Shown piece after piece: positions 62,966-64,000 of a DNA stretch of 64,000 nt. Source of the DNA: Lepidodermella squamata (Eukaryota; Animalia; Gastrotricha); contig JBLDXI010000034.1 of assembly GCA_047495785.1 (NCBI GenBank), positions 310,001 to 374,000 of the forward strand, given 5' to 3'. The translations under genes were made by a program, and so were the position numbers. The notes beneath the pieces are model-generated. The model searched no databases and was not told the origin of the DNA. It was given only the letters and a program-made list of their open reading frames with translations. Within the stretch, counting starts at the first letter, position 1, and every line of letters starts with the position of its first letter.

Positions 62966-63274
62966 GACTTTCTAGTGAAATCGATACTAGAAATCGATAT
63001 AATGTCTCAGGTTTCCAGCGCTATTTCGCTGTCCTATTTTTTCAGGTCAGGAGCGATTGTCAAGAGCATTAGTTCACTGTTCACTGGTAATTAAAAGTCA
63101 TTTTGATTTAAATAATCGAATATAAAATGGAGCCTTGACCGTTTAAATTCATTTCTGCTGATATTAATATCTGCTGCCATCTCTTTCTATGGGAAATATT
63201 TCACCTTGCTCTCTTAGCTCTTGGGCGTGATATTTCCAAATAAATATATTAATTGAAAAGTAGAATTTAATATA

Positions 63275-64000
63275 ATGGATAAATTACTGGCCACTATTCG
63301 CTCGTTGCCTGTGAGTTCGGACTTGGAAGCGGATACTTCCTATATTTCGAAGCATTTCGCTACAGCAGTAAGAGGCAACCCTAGAAATTTGCAGGAAATA
63401 GCCGCGTTGGTCCCGTCCATGATAGCCGACCAAAATAAACGGTATGAAATTCTGAAATGCGACGCAAGTAATACCTGGCGTCGCATGTCCGCTGAAACAC
63501 GGTCTCAAAAGCCTATTGATGATATACCAGTACTCGGACTTGATAGCGAAAAAGAAAAGCGCCCTATGCTTAAGCGTCATATTGTTCAACAAGATGACCA
63601 GAGAAAATCCGCGTCCAAGAAGCCGAAACCGAGTAATTTACCCGATCAGAATTTATTTGTATTCGAAACTGACCAAATTCAGGAAAATAATGACCCCGTC
63701 CGTATTGAGGGCCCGTCTTCCGAGATGAAAAGCATCGACCTACCTGAATCGTTCAACACAGAATTCATGCCTGAGACGAACAATGTCGACATTGAAATGG
63801 ATATATTATTGTTTCCCCTAAACCCATCACCGATTGAACCCTTTAACTTCGAATCTGAAATTTCAATTGATACATGTCACGCGGATGTTTTCGATTACTC
63901 CGAGTCACCAAGAATAGTGGAACAGCCCGATTTGAGTTCGACTGCACGCCAGAGTAGTCGCCAAGTAGCAAGGGAATTCCCAGTAATACATATGCACAAT
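63275..64000 (+). CDS. 3'-truncated ORF of unknown function (242 codons, open to window end)
   Basis: MDKLLATIRSLPVSSDLEAD...KSASKKPKP... with no stop before 64000. Missing from the ORF track, probably because it has no stop. Confidence 0.6.
   Translation, partial: MDKLLATIRSLPVSSDLEADTSYISKHFATAVRGNPRNLQEIAALVPSMIADQNKRYEILKCDASNTWRRMSAETRSQKPIDDIPVLGLDSEKEKRPMLKRHIVQQDDQRKSASKKPKPSNLPDQNLFVFETDQIQENNDPVRIEGPSSEMKSIDLPESFNTEFMPETNNVDIEMDILLFPLNPSPIEPFNFESEISIDTCHADVFDYSESPRIVEQPDLSSTARQSSRQVAREFPVIHMHN

Overview
Eukaryotic, invertebrate-like genomic DNA with short AT-rich GT-AG introns and TTTCAG-type acceptors. It looks nematode-like, but the taxon cannot be fixed from sequence alone. The ORF track splits most genes, so I rebuilt spliced models by eye; exon boundaries are my reading and are unverified. 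1-16 kb: three collagen-domain genes that share a short C-terminal amphipathic helix, including a ~1,200-aa almost proline-free GSK/GDK/GSI collagen. Between them lies a minus-strand 2OG-Fe(II) oxygenase-like gene whose largest intron is filled by an antisense nested secreted-protein gene. 17-38 kb: a tetraspanin, three copies of a secreted family (five 4-Cys repeats plus two C-type lectin domains), a signal-peptide-bearing ankyrin protein, a Cys/helical secreted protein and a fucosyltransferase-superfamily gene. 39-62 kb: an ~5-kb inverted duplication of an NmrA-like gene plus a pseudokinase-ankyrin gene. Its spacer holds a fourth lectin-family copy, a spare lectin exon cassette, further NmrA copies and relics, and a helical secreted protein with an internally deleted twin. 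Several MITEs (Tc2/pogo-like, Tc1/mariner-like, 8-bp-TSD P/hAT-like) and a tRNA-like Pol III element are present. An ORF runs off the right edge. No rRNA, intact tRNA or CRISPR array was found.
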